From Malacoraja senta (Eukaryota), in the NCBI GenBank assembly GCA_038087875.1, contig CM075990.1, forward strand, positions 14,572,001 to 14,636,000: 64,000 nt of DNA. The letters are read 5' to 3'. Positions within the stretch are counted from its first letter, which is position 1. Every line of letters starts with the position of its first letter. Positions 25,971 to 38,645 of this stretch are shown one piece after another. The translations under genes and the position numbers were made by a program. The notes under the pieces were generated by a model. It saw nothing but the letters and a program-made list of their open reading frames with translations, did not search any database and was not told where the DNA came from.

Positions 25971-26889
25971 AGATTAAACCCTGTCAATTCCATTCTCCCA
26001 ACCACTTTCCATGCAACTCAACGATGTTCATCCTGCAATTCCACAACTTGGTGGAACTGACTTTAGGGACCACAAACATCGTGTGACGATGGGCTGTAAA
26101 AGTAACTCAATTTTTGGGGTATGATCCTGAGTAGTGTGGCATTATTTCCCACCTGTTTCAGTAGAGTGCTAAGTTGGTCTCTTAGTGCAGAAAAAATGAA
26201 AGAAAGAAACTTGTAATTTTCATTCCAAAAGCTCAGTAATCCTGCAGGCAGATTTTGTGTTGAAATTGACATAACATTTATTCTAACACAACACTAAGCA
26301 GATCATGCGTAGAAAGGAACTGCAGATGCTGGTTCAAAGCGAAGGTAGACACAAAAGGCTGGAGTAACTCAGCGGGACAAGCAGCCTCCCTGGAGAGAAG
26401 GAAAATGAAACGTCACCTATTCCTTTTCTCCAGACATGCTGTCTGACCCGTTGAGATACTCCAGCTTTTTGTGTCTATTCATGACTGTCTTTTAACACAA
26501 ATACAAGGGAGAAATACAAAGTTTTCTGAATTAACTTGTTATGAATAAAATATTTGAGTCATTTCAAGTCTCAAATTCTTAATTGCTCATCATTTGATCT
26601 TCAAAAAATGTTGAGAAACTTAATTTTGCAAGAATATTTTCAAAGGAACTCTGTATTAAATTAACTTTAGACCATGGCTAGCTCGTGCAATTCTTTACAA
26701 TGAAATTATTGAAAGGCCTAGTTAGTGAATGTAAGATTTTATTATAGTACCAGAAGTATAGAAAAACAAAAAATAGGAAGAAACTTGTGTAACTAATGAT
26801 CTGGAACAGTGAACTAATTCTGTTTTGCTGTGGAACTAAATGGGGATTAGGAGTATGGAGACCTGTCGTGACAAACAAGTTTATAGAGA

Positions 26890-27195
26890 GTGAGAGAGCA
26901 TGGAGACAGGCCCTTTGGCCCACCGAGTCCATGCTGACCATCAACACCCATTTACATAAGTTCTATGTTATTCCACTTTCCCCATCCACTCCCTGCACGC
27001 CAGGGGCATTTTACAGAGACACATTAAGCAAATTACCCTACAAACCCATGCGTCTTAGGGACATGAGAGGAAACTAGAGCATCGGGAAGACACCCACTCA
27101 CTCACAGGGAGAACATGCAAACTCCACACAGATAGGACCCAGGGTCAGGATTGAACCTGGGTCCCTGGTGCTGGTGGCTGCGCCACTGTGCTCTC
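26890..27195 (-). mobile_element. tRNA-derived SINE
   Basis: CR1-like tail, core and B-box (ATTGAACC) in reverse. Confidence 0.75.
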
Positions 27196-29607
27196 CTTTT
27201 AAAAAAAATTATTGGTCAGTTTTAAAGTAATCGTTTTGCTTTACTTCAGATATTGTGCTGTGTTTTAGAAATATATCAAAATTGTACTTTTTATTTGGAT
27301 TCCTGCTTTGTGCTCTCCCTGAAAAAGTGTACTAAACAAATAATTTACAGGAGTTTCACGGCACAGTTCACTCTTTATTGTACGAGATTCAAGGGGAAAT
27401 TGTCGTGAAGTGGTAAAAGCATTTTTCTTCAGTAACAAATGGATAGAAACTTAACAAGTGGTACATTTTATAAATGCCATAACTTTTACCATTAGCCCTT
27501 ATCTTACATGTTGTTTATGACCTACAAAGGTCAACTAATCGTAATTTCATCCCGTATCTGATTTTCTGTTAATAATTCTCTAATGTGCTTGGTTTAATGC
27601 CGAAAGTTTGAATATAGAACGGTATTTTTTTGCATGCATGTGCTAAAACTTATTTTTAAAACAAAGATGAACTCTCTTTAATAATGTTGATTAGATGGCT
27701 TGAAGGACTTGGTACAAGACACATTCCTGTATTTCAAATTAAGTAAACATATATCTCTAATTCAACAATAAACCAAACTTGATTTCTCTTCTCTTTGCCT
27801 TTTTTTATTAATGACTTGCTTGATCTCAGATTTTGGCCAGGTAGATTTTGCAGCTGTCTTGAAGGTTATGACAACATCACAATCTGGCTAAAAAATAAAT
27901 ACCAGCCTCTCTGTGCCAGGTCCAGGCAAGCGGATACTTTTCCCGACTGCTTTGAAGTGGCAATGCACACAAGTTTAACAAATCACTTAACGGAGATTAA
28001 TACACCATGTCATTGGGGCAAGCTGATGAAGTAATGATTAATTTGCATGTTGTTTGCAAATGTAAATCTCTAGTAAAATATAAGTAAACCAATGTATTTC
28101 TTTTGGATGGTTACATTTACGTTTCACAGTTGAAAGGATGTGCAATGTAATCTTTCTTTGCAACTTTATAAATACTTGCCTTAGTTGGTGGCAAGATAAT
28201 TACTGCAGGTTTATATTTTGATGCAGATCATTGAAGATAAATTATTACATGGATTTATGTACCAGCCAGACAGATGATTAGGTTATATATGAACAGGACA
28301 GGTTTATAACCATTAATGTAGTGTCATGTCCAGCATAATTATTTCACTTATCCTATAAAATTAGACAAGAAATTTTAGTGGTTCTCTATAACCACCCATT
28401 TAAGGATTTAACCTTGTATCTGATTTTCAATAAATCTGTTTCAGATTGTTAGCAATTACGTAATGCTTAAGAGTTTTTCAATTACTCTGTTTCTGAATAA
28501 AAGGCCAAGTATCCATTGATTTTTGTGGCAGCTTTTAACTTGATAATTTATCAAATGGGGTGTCAGAACTTTCACACTGTTGTGCCAAAGTTAACACTGT
28601 GCGAAGCTTAAAAGAAAGTGTACGTTTGTGAATACAGATCTGTGCTCATAGTGTTTGGGCATGGGACTGGGTCCAAGGTTTCCCATGCTGAGTTCCACAT
28701 CGCACCTGGGATATCAGGAGGGTGGCGGGACTTGGTGTAAGATGTACGACTAACATTTTTGCTGCTTATCCTTAAGACTTGCAACTGCAGCTGAAAGCAA
28801 CTAACCCTTGACAGAGCGGGGAATGTACTTGGCCTACCTTCAGTTTCTTTAGTTGATATTTAATACTTTTTTTAGGATTGCACGGCAATGCTGTGCAGTT
28901 GGGGTTTTTTTGCATCCAAGATTAATCCTAATGTTTTACCTCTTCATCAGTTTCAATGCATTTCTAAGCAAGGTCCCTGTTAAAACTGGCACCCAGAGCA
29001 TAATATTTGCTTACATCTTTTTAAGTTGGAGCATATGATTTTAAAACACCGGGGACCGCTTACAAATTGAATTTGAAGTCTGGAATGATCTGAAATAAAC
29101 TTGCGTAGATTGATACCAGCCATTTTGGATTTATTTGGATTTGCCTTGGATTTAATATGTTTCTCCATTACTCCCTCTTCCCTATTTGTAATTTTGGGTG
29201 GATGTGTTCATTTTTTTTCTTCCTACGGGAAAAAGCTGTGAAAACATATTTAATGACAAACGTCTGGTGGTTCTGGGGTTTCTGTGCTTTGTTCAGACTA
29301 GGCTTTCTGTGATGTGACAACCTTTGCATGAGCTGAAAATTCCAAGAGTTTCTGTAAAAGCCTGGGTAAAGAGCAGATGTGTTTTTTTTATGTAGTACCG
29401 CAATACTTCATAAATTATATGTTCGTTCCAATAGTGTCAACAGCAGGTGTTAGACTGAAGCTCGCACAACGTGAATGTGTGCCAGACCCTTATATTGTGA
29501 GGTGTGAAAGGAGGTGAAACATGGTCTTTGATTCCAGACCCAGATGAATTTATATACACTGTGTTTTACGAACTCCCCTGATCGTTGCACTTGGTGCTGG
29601 TTGGTTA

Positions 29608-29935
29608 GGGCGGCACGGTGGCACAGCGGTCGAGTTGCCGCTTTACAGCGCCAGAGACCCGGGTTCGATCCCGACTACGGGTGCTGTCTCTACGGAGTTT
29701 GTAGGTTCTCCCCGTGACCTGCGTGGGTTTTCTCTGAGATCTTCGGTTTTCTCCCCCACTCCCAAAGACTTATAGTATTGTAGGTTAATTGGCTTGGTGT
29801 AAAAAAAAGTTAAATTGTCACGTGTGTGTGTGTGTGTGTAGGGTAGTGTTAATAGGCGGGGATCGCTGGTCGGTGCGGACTCGGTGGGCCGAAGGGCCTG
29901 TTTCCGTGCTGTATCTCTGAACTAAATGAAACTAA
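29608..29935 (+). mobile_element. Full-length tRNA-derived SINE (V-SINE/HE1-like)
   Basis: Pol III A box TGGCACAGCGG, B box GGTTCGATCCC, V-like core, (GT)n, CR1-derived tail GGGCCGAAGGGCCTGTTTCC. Confidence 0.92.
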
Positions 29936-30209
29936 ATGCCAGAGGATATCTCTACAATCCTTTTTCTGTTGTGTTATGGCACATAATAACAGAGACTTCT
30001 CAGTCTGTGTGGACACATTGCCAGTCAGTTAAAATGAGTGTGAATCTTTGGCAAACTCTTTACGTGTAGCTGCATTAGGCATCTGATTTGGAATCTCAAA
30101 AGAAACCCTGCACCAGGGCTGGGTTATGAGCATGGTTATCTGAACGTTGCACTGCGGATGTGAATCATTACCTGCCTGATACTTGGGGAATGGGACATCA
30201 AACATGGAA

Positions 30210-30700
30210 CATGGAGCGGTGAAGCCCAGCATCAAGCCCTTCAGACCACAATGTCCATGAACATCATTAAATTAATCTCCTCTGCCTGCAGATAATCCAT
30301 ATCCCTCCATTCCCATGCACCTATCTAAAAGCCTCGAATGCCATTACCATATCTGCCTCCACTACCATCCCTGGCAGTGAGTTCCAGGCATCCACTCCCT
30401 TCTGGGGTGGAGAGGGAAAGATAGATCAGCCATGATTGAATGGGAGAGTAGACTTGATGGGCCGAATGGCCCAATTCTCCTCCTAGAATTTATGAACATG
30501 ATGTGGTTCACTGGATCGATTCTTGGGATGAAGAGATTGACATTTAAAGAAAGGTTGATCACATTGGGCCAACATTTAAAAGACATTTGGACAGGTACAT
30601 GGATAGGGAAGGTTTAGTGGGGTATGGGCCAAACATGGTAGGCATGGGCAAGTTGGGCTGAAGGGCCTGCTTCTATGTTGTATGACTTTATGACTCCATG
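30210..30700. mobile_element. Mosaic of CR1 3' fragments
   Basis: Several CR1 tails in both orientations. Confidence 0.65.
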
Positions 30701-31084
30701 GCAATTAAGAGATTGGACCCATAGGAGATTACATTATTAAGAAATGTATGCACACAACATCCACATTTGTTAATCAGAAGGGATTGCGGGAAGAGGAGAG
30801 AGTGGAAATAAAGATGATTGATCCAAAGCATTTACTGTCTCCTCTGTGGTTTCCGTCACTCATGTGGCTTCTGCCCTGTCTGTTTCGGTGATTGTAAGGA
30901 CTCTCCCGCTGAGAAATTCAATTGCAAAATATTGTTTTTTCAGTGGTATGTGAATAAAAACTTTCCGCCTGGAGTGAAACATGATAACAACCACATTCAG
31001 ATTGTTTCACATCGCACTGGAAATTAAACCGAGCGCTCCCAAACATGTCCCCGGTGCAGTCGTTTCTGTATCGCAGTGAGCGAG

Positions 31085-31690
31085 ATGTCACTCTCCATCC
31101 ACTGGTCCCTCTCCACATCCAGTGCCCTGTCCAATAGAGCTGTTCTCTGTCCAGTGGTTCCATCCAGTGGCCTCTCTCCCAATCTAGTTGTTCTTCTCCA
31201 TCCAACGGTCCCATCCAAACCTTTCCCCATCCAGTAGACCATCCAGTGACATTGTTATCCATCTAAGGGGGTCTCTCCCTATTCAGTCCTCCCAATTCAG
31301 CGCCCTCCATCACCATCCACTGACATTTTCTCCATCCAGTGGTCCCATCTAGTGGCATCCCTCCACCCATCCAGTTGTCTCTTTCTCCATCCACTGACAT
31401 CTTTCTATCTCCCCATCCAGTGGTGTCTCTCTCCCCATCCAGTGATGTTGTTCTCCATCCACTAATCCCATCCAGTGGTTTATCTCCCCATCCAGCCATC
31501 TCTGTCTCTCTCCATCCACTGGTATCTCTCTCCATCCACTGGTATCTCTCTATCTCCTCTGGTCATATTCTCCGTCCAATGATCCCATACAGTGGTGTCT
31601 CTCCAGCAGACTCTCCCCATCCCATGGTGGTTCTCTCCCCATCCCTTCATCTGCCTCCATCCACAGGCTTCCCTCTATCTCCCCATTCAG
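31085..31690. repeat. Degenerate pyrimidine-rich minisatellite
   Basis: Many variants of CTC(T/C)CCATCCA(C/G)TGG at irregular spacing; resumes at 31915-31945. Confidence 0.8.
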
Positions 31691-31892
31691 TGAATTCAAT
31701 GTTCACACTGTTGGGTTGTGAGCAACCCAAGTGGAATATGAGATGCAGTTCCTCCAGTTTGCATGTGGACTCGCACTGGCAATGGAGGAGGCCTTGGACA
31801 GCAAGCTCATGGGAATGGGAAGAGGAGTTAAAAGATAGGCCTTGCTGGACCAAATGCAAATGTTAGGCAGAAGGGTTACTAAATCTACACTT
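31690..31892 (-). mobile_element. Penelope GIY-YIG fragment
   Basis: ORF ..VQGLLHCQCESTCKLEELHLIFHLGCSQPNSVNIEF matches the C-terminus of ORF 16414. Confidence 0.85.
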
Positions 31893-32242
31893 GTTTTTGT
31901 TCTCTGTACAAACATCCCATTCAGTGGTCAGTCTCCCCATCCAGTTCTGTTTTTGGAACATAGTGGAGGAGCTTGGATCACATTGCCCTGGGAACAGCAT
32001 GCCTTGCACAACATAGCTTTCCTGGTAAACTGCGACCCCAAATAGATAAATGCTAAACTCGTCTTGCAATGTTTGGGCTTCAAGAATTTTACTTGTTCCA
32101 ATGAGATCATGCCGCTAAATCTAAGAGAGTAGGGCCCCAGTCTGTTTATTCTCTCCTCACAACACAAACTCTTCACACCAATTTAACCAGCTTAACTTTA
32201 TTCCCCCTGTTGCACACGTCTCCTTCTCTGGGTTGGAAGTTG

Positions 32243-32680
<438 letters not shown>

Positions 32681-32779
32681 GTAGAGACTGGAATCTCATA
32701 AAAACATTAATAATCAAAAAAGTGGCAAAAGATAAGCCGCTAGAGGAACTCGGTGCAATCTGAAGTAGAGCAAAATACT

Positions 32780-32918
32780 TCTTCTTCTTGCGTATGGCGT
32801 GCACAGCCTAAAGTTGTAGGACAACTTGTTCTACTTGATCTTATTTGATTGTGCACGCCAGGTTGATTGCATTCGTCAAAACAGGGCGGACCACGTGAAG
32901 GTTGCAATCTCCCACCCC
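32780..32918 (-). mobile_element. Ribozyme-headed short retroposon, best-preserved copy
   Basis: (AAG)n tail; 12-bp TSD GAGCAAAATACT / AAGCAGAATACT (2 mismatches); homologous to 13508 and 57256. Confidence 0.9.
32865..32918 (-). ncRNA. Predicted minimal HDV-like self-cleaving ribozyme (54 nt)
   Basis: P1 GGGGUGG/CCGCCCU with G1-U wobble, P2 GAUUGCA/UGCAAUC, P3 ACC/GGU, L3 UUCACGU, GU, UUUGA in place of P4, J4/2 CGAA. Confidence 0.85.
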
Positions 32919-33886
32919 AAGCAGAATACTGAAAAATAATGAAGTGCAATATTGAAGTAACCAAATGAGGTAGACTTTGCAATAAGAGGATGTGAAATAA
33001 GTGACTTATTTCAGAGTCTGAAAGCATTGGGGAAGCTGTTCTAAGCTCTGGATGTCTGGGCTCCTGTACCTTAACCCAGAAGGCAGAAGAGGGAAATGGT
33101 AATGGTTGGGGTGGTAGACATCTTTGATAATACTTCCATCCTTGCTGACGCAATGCACTGTGGAGTTAGACTGGGTGGAGGAAGGGACGGTCCTGTGATG
33201 GACTGGTCTGTGTTCACCACTCTGCGCAACTTCAGGTGGTCAAGAGCAGAGCAGTTGCCACATCAGGGTCGCATGCGGCCCATCATAATTCTTACCACAG
33301 AATATCTGTAGAAGATCAAGCAAATCCTCAAACTGAATCTTCTCTAAAGCATAAGAAAGCAGATACTCTGACACATTTTCTTCATCGCCACATGAGTGTG
33401 TAGAGACCAGGTTAGTTTACTGGAGATATGGATGCTTAGAAACTTGAAGCTGTGGACCATCTCAATATCAGTTCCATTGATGAGGACAGGGTTATGCTCA
33501 CGCCACCCTCACACCTCCTCAAGTAAACAACTCTTTTGTCTTGCTGACCTTCAGGGCTAGGTGTTATTCTGACATCATGATGCCAGGTTCTTGATCTCTT
33601 CCCTGTGCTCGTCTCATCATTGTCGATCTGGCTGACAACAATGGTATCATTTGCAAACTTAAAGGTCAAGTTGACGCCGTACTTGGTCACATAGTCAGGA
33701 ATGTACAGGGAGGGGAGCGGGCGGCTAACCCCGAGAGGCACTGGTGTTGAGGGTCAGAGTGGAGGCAATGTTATGGCCAGTTTTAACCGAATGAGGTCTG
33801 CTGCTCAAGAAGCCCAGAAGCCGATTGCAGATCGAGACCCAAAAATCCTAGGTCCAGAAGTTTAGAGATGAGCTTGTTTGGTATTA

Positions 33887-34399
33887 ACATAGAAACATAG
33901 AAACATAGAAATTAGGTGCAGGAGTAGGCCATTCGGCCCTTCGAGCCTGCACCGCCATTCAATATGATCATGGCTGATCATCCAACTCAGTATCCCGTAC
34001 CTGCCTTCTCTCCATACCCTCTGATCCCTTTAGCCACAAGGGCCACATCTAACTCCCTCTTAAATATAGCCAATGAACTGGCCTCGACTACCCTCTGTGG
34101 CAGAGAGTTCCAGAGATTCACCACTCTCTGTGTGAAAAAAGTTCTTCTCATCTCGGTTTTAAAGGATTTCCCCCTTATCCTTAAGCTGTGACCCCTTGCC
34201 CTGGACTTCCCCAACATCGGGAGCAATCTTCCTGCATCTAGCCTGTCCAACCCCTTAAGAATTTTGTAAGTTTCTATAAGATCCCCTCTCAATCTCCTAA
34301 ATTCTAGAGAGTATAAACCAAGTCTATCCAGTCTTTCTTCATAAGACAGTCCTGACATCCCAGGAATCAGTCTGGTGAACCTTCTCTGCACTCCCTCTA
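33887..34399 (-). mobile_element. Young CR1 3' fragment
   Basis: ORF QRRFTRLIPGMSGLSYEERLDRLGLYSLEFRRLRGDLIETYKI...; TSD TGGTATTA on both sides; (TTCTATGT)n tail. Confidence 0.95.
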
Positions 34400-34454
34400 T
34401 GGTATTATGGTGTTGAAAGCTGTGAAGCAGTCAGTGAATACCATCCCGACATTG

Positions 34455-34640
34455 TGTGTAGGAAGGAACTGCAGATGCTCGTTTAAACCAGAGATAGACA
34501 CAAAATGCTGGAGTAACTCGGCGGGTCAGGCAGCATCTCTGGAGGGAAGGAATGGGCGATGTTTCGGGTCGAGACTTCTTCAGACTTCTCCAGAGATGCT
34601 GCCTGTCCCGCTGAGTTACTCCAGCATTTTGTATCAATCC
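34455..34640. mobile_element. Fold-back Penelope terminal insertion
   Basis: Inverted terminal units; ATCC(C/T)GACATTG on both flanks. Confidence 0.8.
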
Positions 34641-34710
34641 TGACATTGCTGTTCTTATGGTCAAGGTGATCCAGAATTGACTGTAGTCCTATTATCTATG
34701 TTTCTATAAA

Positions 34711-34950
34711 ACATTTTTCACACAGAGAGTGGTGAATCTCTGGAATTCTCTGCCACAGAGGGTAGTTGAGGCCAGTTCATTGGCTATATTTAAGAGGGAG
34801 TTAGATGTGGCCCTTGTGGCTAAAGGGATCAGGGGGTATGGAGAGAAAGCAGGTACAGGATACTGAGTTGGATGATCAGCCATGATCATATTGAATGGCG
34901 GTGCAGGCTCGAAGGGCCGAATGGCCTACTCCTGCACCTATTTTCTATGT
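34711..34950 (+). mobile_element. Young CR1 3' fragment, inverted relative to the 33887 copy
   Basis: Near-identical reverse complement of ~33900-34143; ORFs 33964 and 34704 are identical over their first ~57 aa. Confidence 0.93.
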
Positions 34951-35743
34951 TCCATGAAAGGGAAATGGACTTCTCCTTGAAAGTCCACAGGTTGAACAGA
35001 TTGGAAAAAAAGCACAAGGGTAATTGTGGTCTGGATTTCACTGCCTGTAGGGGTGGTGGAAATAGATTGAATGGGAGATGCTCAGGAGAAAATAATTGAC
35101 AAGGTTGAGGGGAATGGGCTAGTAAATGGGACTGAGAGTGGAGCTGGAGTTGACCTGTGGGCTGAACATCCTTTTCCGCTGAGACTATTCCATGATTCAA
35201 AGGTTCAATGGTGGTCAATTGTGGAAGAGGATCCCAAATTTGCACTTTCCTTTCTCTCTAGTTGTGACTCATGAACACTCCTCAACATCTTGCCTCCAAT
35301 GTTTCTGCTACAGTGCAATGTTCTAGACCAGCAGAAATACCTTTTCTCCATTTATTCTATCAACATCTTGAAAAGCTTGCTCAAATCACCTCCAAACCAT
35401 CCAAATTCCAGAGAGTTCAACCCTGCTGTGTGTAATCTCCCTTCATAATTTAACTTCACTTTTGGAGTCGAAATGTCATTCTGATGGATCTGTACTGCAC
35501 TCCTTCCAAGGTCAATATTTCACTTGTAAGGTGTGGTGTGCAGAAATCTCGCAATACCCTGGGCCTTGACCAACCAAAGCTTTATTTAGCTGCTTCCTCC
35601 AATACGTTACATTTTTGCTAATGTTTCCATCAGTATGATGTTCCTTGGGTTATATCTTTAATAACCACATATTGTACCACCATTTAAATCCTATGCTTCT
35701 AATTTACAGTGTGGTTTTTCATACCAGGAACCATATTGCCCAT

Positions 35744-36178
35744 GAAACAGACACCAAGTGCTAGAGGAACTCGACGGGTCAGGCAGCATCTGTGAAGAGT
35801 GTGGATGGGTGACATTTCTGGTCGGGATCTTTTTCCGATCTAATCACCTCTTTCCCAAAGTAGACAAACAAGACTTCCCTGACAGACTCGTTGTTTTTAC
35901 CTGATCCTGTTTTGGAGAACTCGTCTCCAAATCAATCCTATCTCCGCTTATCTCGTCTCATCCGACCTACATCCGAGACACCTCGCACACTCTTCAACTC
36001 TTAAATAACTTTCAATTTCTAGGCCCCCATTGCCTCATCTTTACCATGGATGTGGCTGTCTGAAGAAGGGTCCCGACCCTAAACATCCTAATTCTCCAGA
36101 GATACCGCCTGACCTTTGAGTTACTCCAGCACTTTGTCCCTGTTTTTGTAAACCAGCCTCTGCTGTTCTTTGTTTATC
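35744..36178 (+). mobile_element. Internally deleted Penelope: inverted end, RT fragment, terminal unit
   Basis: PTYIRDTSHTLQLLNNFQF..LIFTMDV at ~35960-36054; CATATT(G/A)CCCAT duplicated on the flanks. Confidence 0.75.
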
Positions 36179-36829
36179 CATATTACCCATTAGATTTTTG
36201 TTCACTGTTCACATTGGCGAAATAGTTGGCTGATTCACAAGCTGGTAATGTTGAGTGTAATAATGGTGTTTGCCCACAATGATATGGTGCTACTTCTTGG
36301 GACAGTTGAGACTGATGTTTCAAAGCTGGAATGTGCCAGCAGATTTCCCGACGGGATTGTTGGAAAACTGCTGTTTTACGGTAATATTCATGCCTCTCTT
36401 TTTAAACGGTGAGGTTTCTTCCAAACATACTGCCAGGCCTTTTAACTGGTATAGGAATTGGCCATGCCATTTCCTTGGAGCTGAATTGCTATTCTATTTC
36501 ATACAACATCATAAATGAAGAACACATGTTGCATTGTACCGCGTTACCAAACATTTATCAAGTGTTTCCAGTTCTGCATTGTCAGATCAACTAAAATCTT
36601 TCTGCCGGATTGTTATAATGGATTTTGACAAGTGGATGGCTTTTATCCCTTCTGGAACAAGAAATATTTTTAAAACTTCCATGAGTTGGAAAGCAGCCAT
36701 TTATTTGGGCAGGATTAGTTCTACCATGACTGCTCTCTAACATTTGTGCGGCTCCAGAATTAGGCAAACGTTGCTTTCAGTTCAACTCGCAATGTGACGA
36801 CTTCAACTTGATGGGCAACAAACACTATG

Positions 36830-37585
36830 GAAACAAGGCACTGCAGATGCTGGTTAACATGAAAAGATATAAAGTGCTGGAGTAACTCAGCTGGTCAGGC
36901 AGCATCTCTGGAGAACATGGATAAGTGACTTTTTGGGTCGGGACAGTTTTTCAGACTAATTGTCAAGTCACTTTTATTTATATAGCACATTTAAAAAACA
37001 ACTCTCGTTGGCCAATGTGCCTTACATTGGTGGAGGTACTAACGTTATACAACAGTGGTTCATAGATTAAATACATACATCACTACATACATATAGCCCT
37101 CGCTCAGAGGACGTCAAGAAAGACTTGGGAGTAGAGATGAGTTTTAAGTCTCGACTTAAAGGAGTCGATGGAGGGGGGGTTGGGTGGGTGAGAAGAAAGC
37201 TGGAAGAGAGGAGGGGCAGGGCAAAGCCTGGTGAGTGATAGGTGGATATATGATGGGGGGGGGGGGTTGTGTGATAGGTAGGTAGTTGGACAAAGACAAG
37301 AGATGAAAAGGTAAAAGGTGTGAAATAAGAGTGGAAGAGTGGCCAGGGAAGGAAGGTAGGTGGAAGGGGAGGGGAGAAATGCATGAGAATCCTTGTGGGG
37401 CACAGGGAGGTCCAGTTTGCATGTGGACTCGCACTGGGATTGGAGGAGGCCTTGGACAAGAAAGCTCATGGGAATCGGAAGAGGAGTTAAAAGATTAACA
37501 ACCGGGGGATCCAATAGGCCTTGCTGGACCAAGTGCAAATGTTAGGCAGAAGGGTTACTAAGTCTACACTTGGTCTCGCTGATGT
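36830..37585 (-). mobile_element. Penelope 3' fragment interrupted by an L2 tail
   Basis: Terminal unit at 36830-36957, purine tract, GIY-YIG remnant at 37410-37585. Confidence 0.75.
36963..37178 (-). mobile_element. L2 LINE 3' end
   Basis: PSIDSFKSRLKTHLYSQVF C-terminus; tail closely similar to 25297-25428. Confidence 0.88.
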
Positions 37586-38044
37586 ATTTAAATATTTATG
37601 TTTGGAAGTCATTGTTCACTGTATTGGATAAAGACAATGAAAAGTATTCTTTACACATTCCTGTGTATTAATTGTTGGCATACCTGTTTTAGGTCACCTG
37701 TCGTAGACTGTATTGCTAAGAGGCATTCAGTGTTGTTGCTAGAAATACTTAGGCAGACTGGTCTCAGCGAACATCTTCCAAAATAAAATAATTAACTAAC
37801 CCGGAAGTTATTAGTCTGCAGGAGTAATCCTTGGGATGAATACAACTGTTTGCTGCCACTCCTGATCTAATTACCAGCTCACTTCTGCATGACCTCTTCT
37901 CCTATGTTTTTGGAACACCCATTTGCTGTCATTTTGTGCCTTGACTCTTGGCCCCTGAGCTTGTCTGTATTGTACTGGAATTATGATGCCAAATATTTGA
38001 TGACAATTAAACCTGTTTGCTCTAGAGCAGAAAACATGCCCTAT

Positions 38045-38645
38045 GAGCACCTCAACACCCTACTCATCCCCAGCCCCTTCCCATTCCTCCAGGTTCAAGG
38101 ACAGCTTCTTCCCATCAACTATCAGGCTCTTGAACCAGACTGCACAACCCTACTTCAGCAACAAACTACCAACAACTGTTTGGTTGCATGAATCAGTTCT
38201 ACATTTCCTTGATCAACATCTGCTTTGATCAAGGAAAGAAGGGTTTCGGCCCGAAACGTTACCTATTTCCTTCGCTCCATAGATGCTGCTGCACCCGCTG
38301 AGTTTCTCCAGCATTTTTGTGTACCATCTGCTTTGATCTGCTTCACACCTTACCGTTCCCTATCTCTGGTCTCTCTCTCCCCTGACTCTCAGTTTGAAGA
38401 AGGGTGTCGACCCGAAACATCACCCATTCCTTCTGTCCAGAGATGCTGCCTGTCCCGCTGAGTTACTCCAGCTTTTTGTATCTATCTCTTGCATTATTAG
38501 TATGGTCTGGTTCCCTGATATTGCTAATAATTCATTGTATTATTGATGATTGTACATTTATTTGTTGCGTTAATGTGCCTGTAAACCTTGGGCAAGTAAG
38601 AATTTAATTATTCCATTCCCGGTACCTATGAGAATGAAGCACTAT
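38045..38645 (+). mobile_element. Rex1 3' fragment with nested Penelope ends
   Basis: SRFKDSFFPSTIRLLN; Penelope units at 38232-38490 with CATCTGCTTTGATC duplicated. Confidence 0.7.

Larger units (their letters stand above)
33020..34690 (-). mobile_element. Degenerate Rex1/Babar LINE hosting CR1 and Penelope insertions
   Basis: ORF 33436-33741: ..SLY..D....FKFANDTIVVSQIDNDET (FADD-like); sequence resumes after the CR1 insert. Confidence 0.75.

Noticed and set aside
29608..29680. tRNA gene
   Set aside because: A/B boxes belong to a SINE head that continues into core and LINE-derived tail
31263..31866. Ser/Pro-rich and Gly/Trp-rich ORFs
   Set aside because: Derived from the minisatellite and a Penelope fragment
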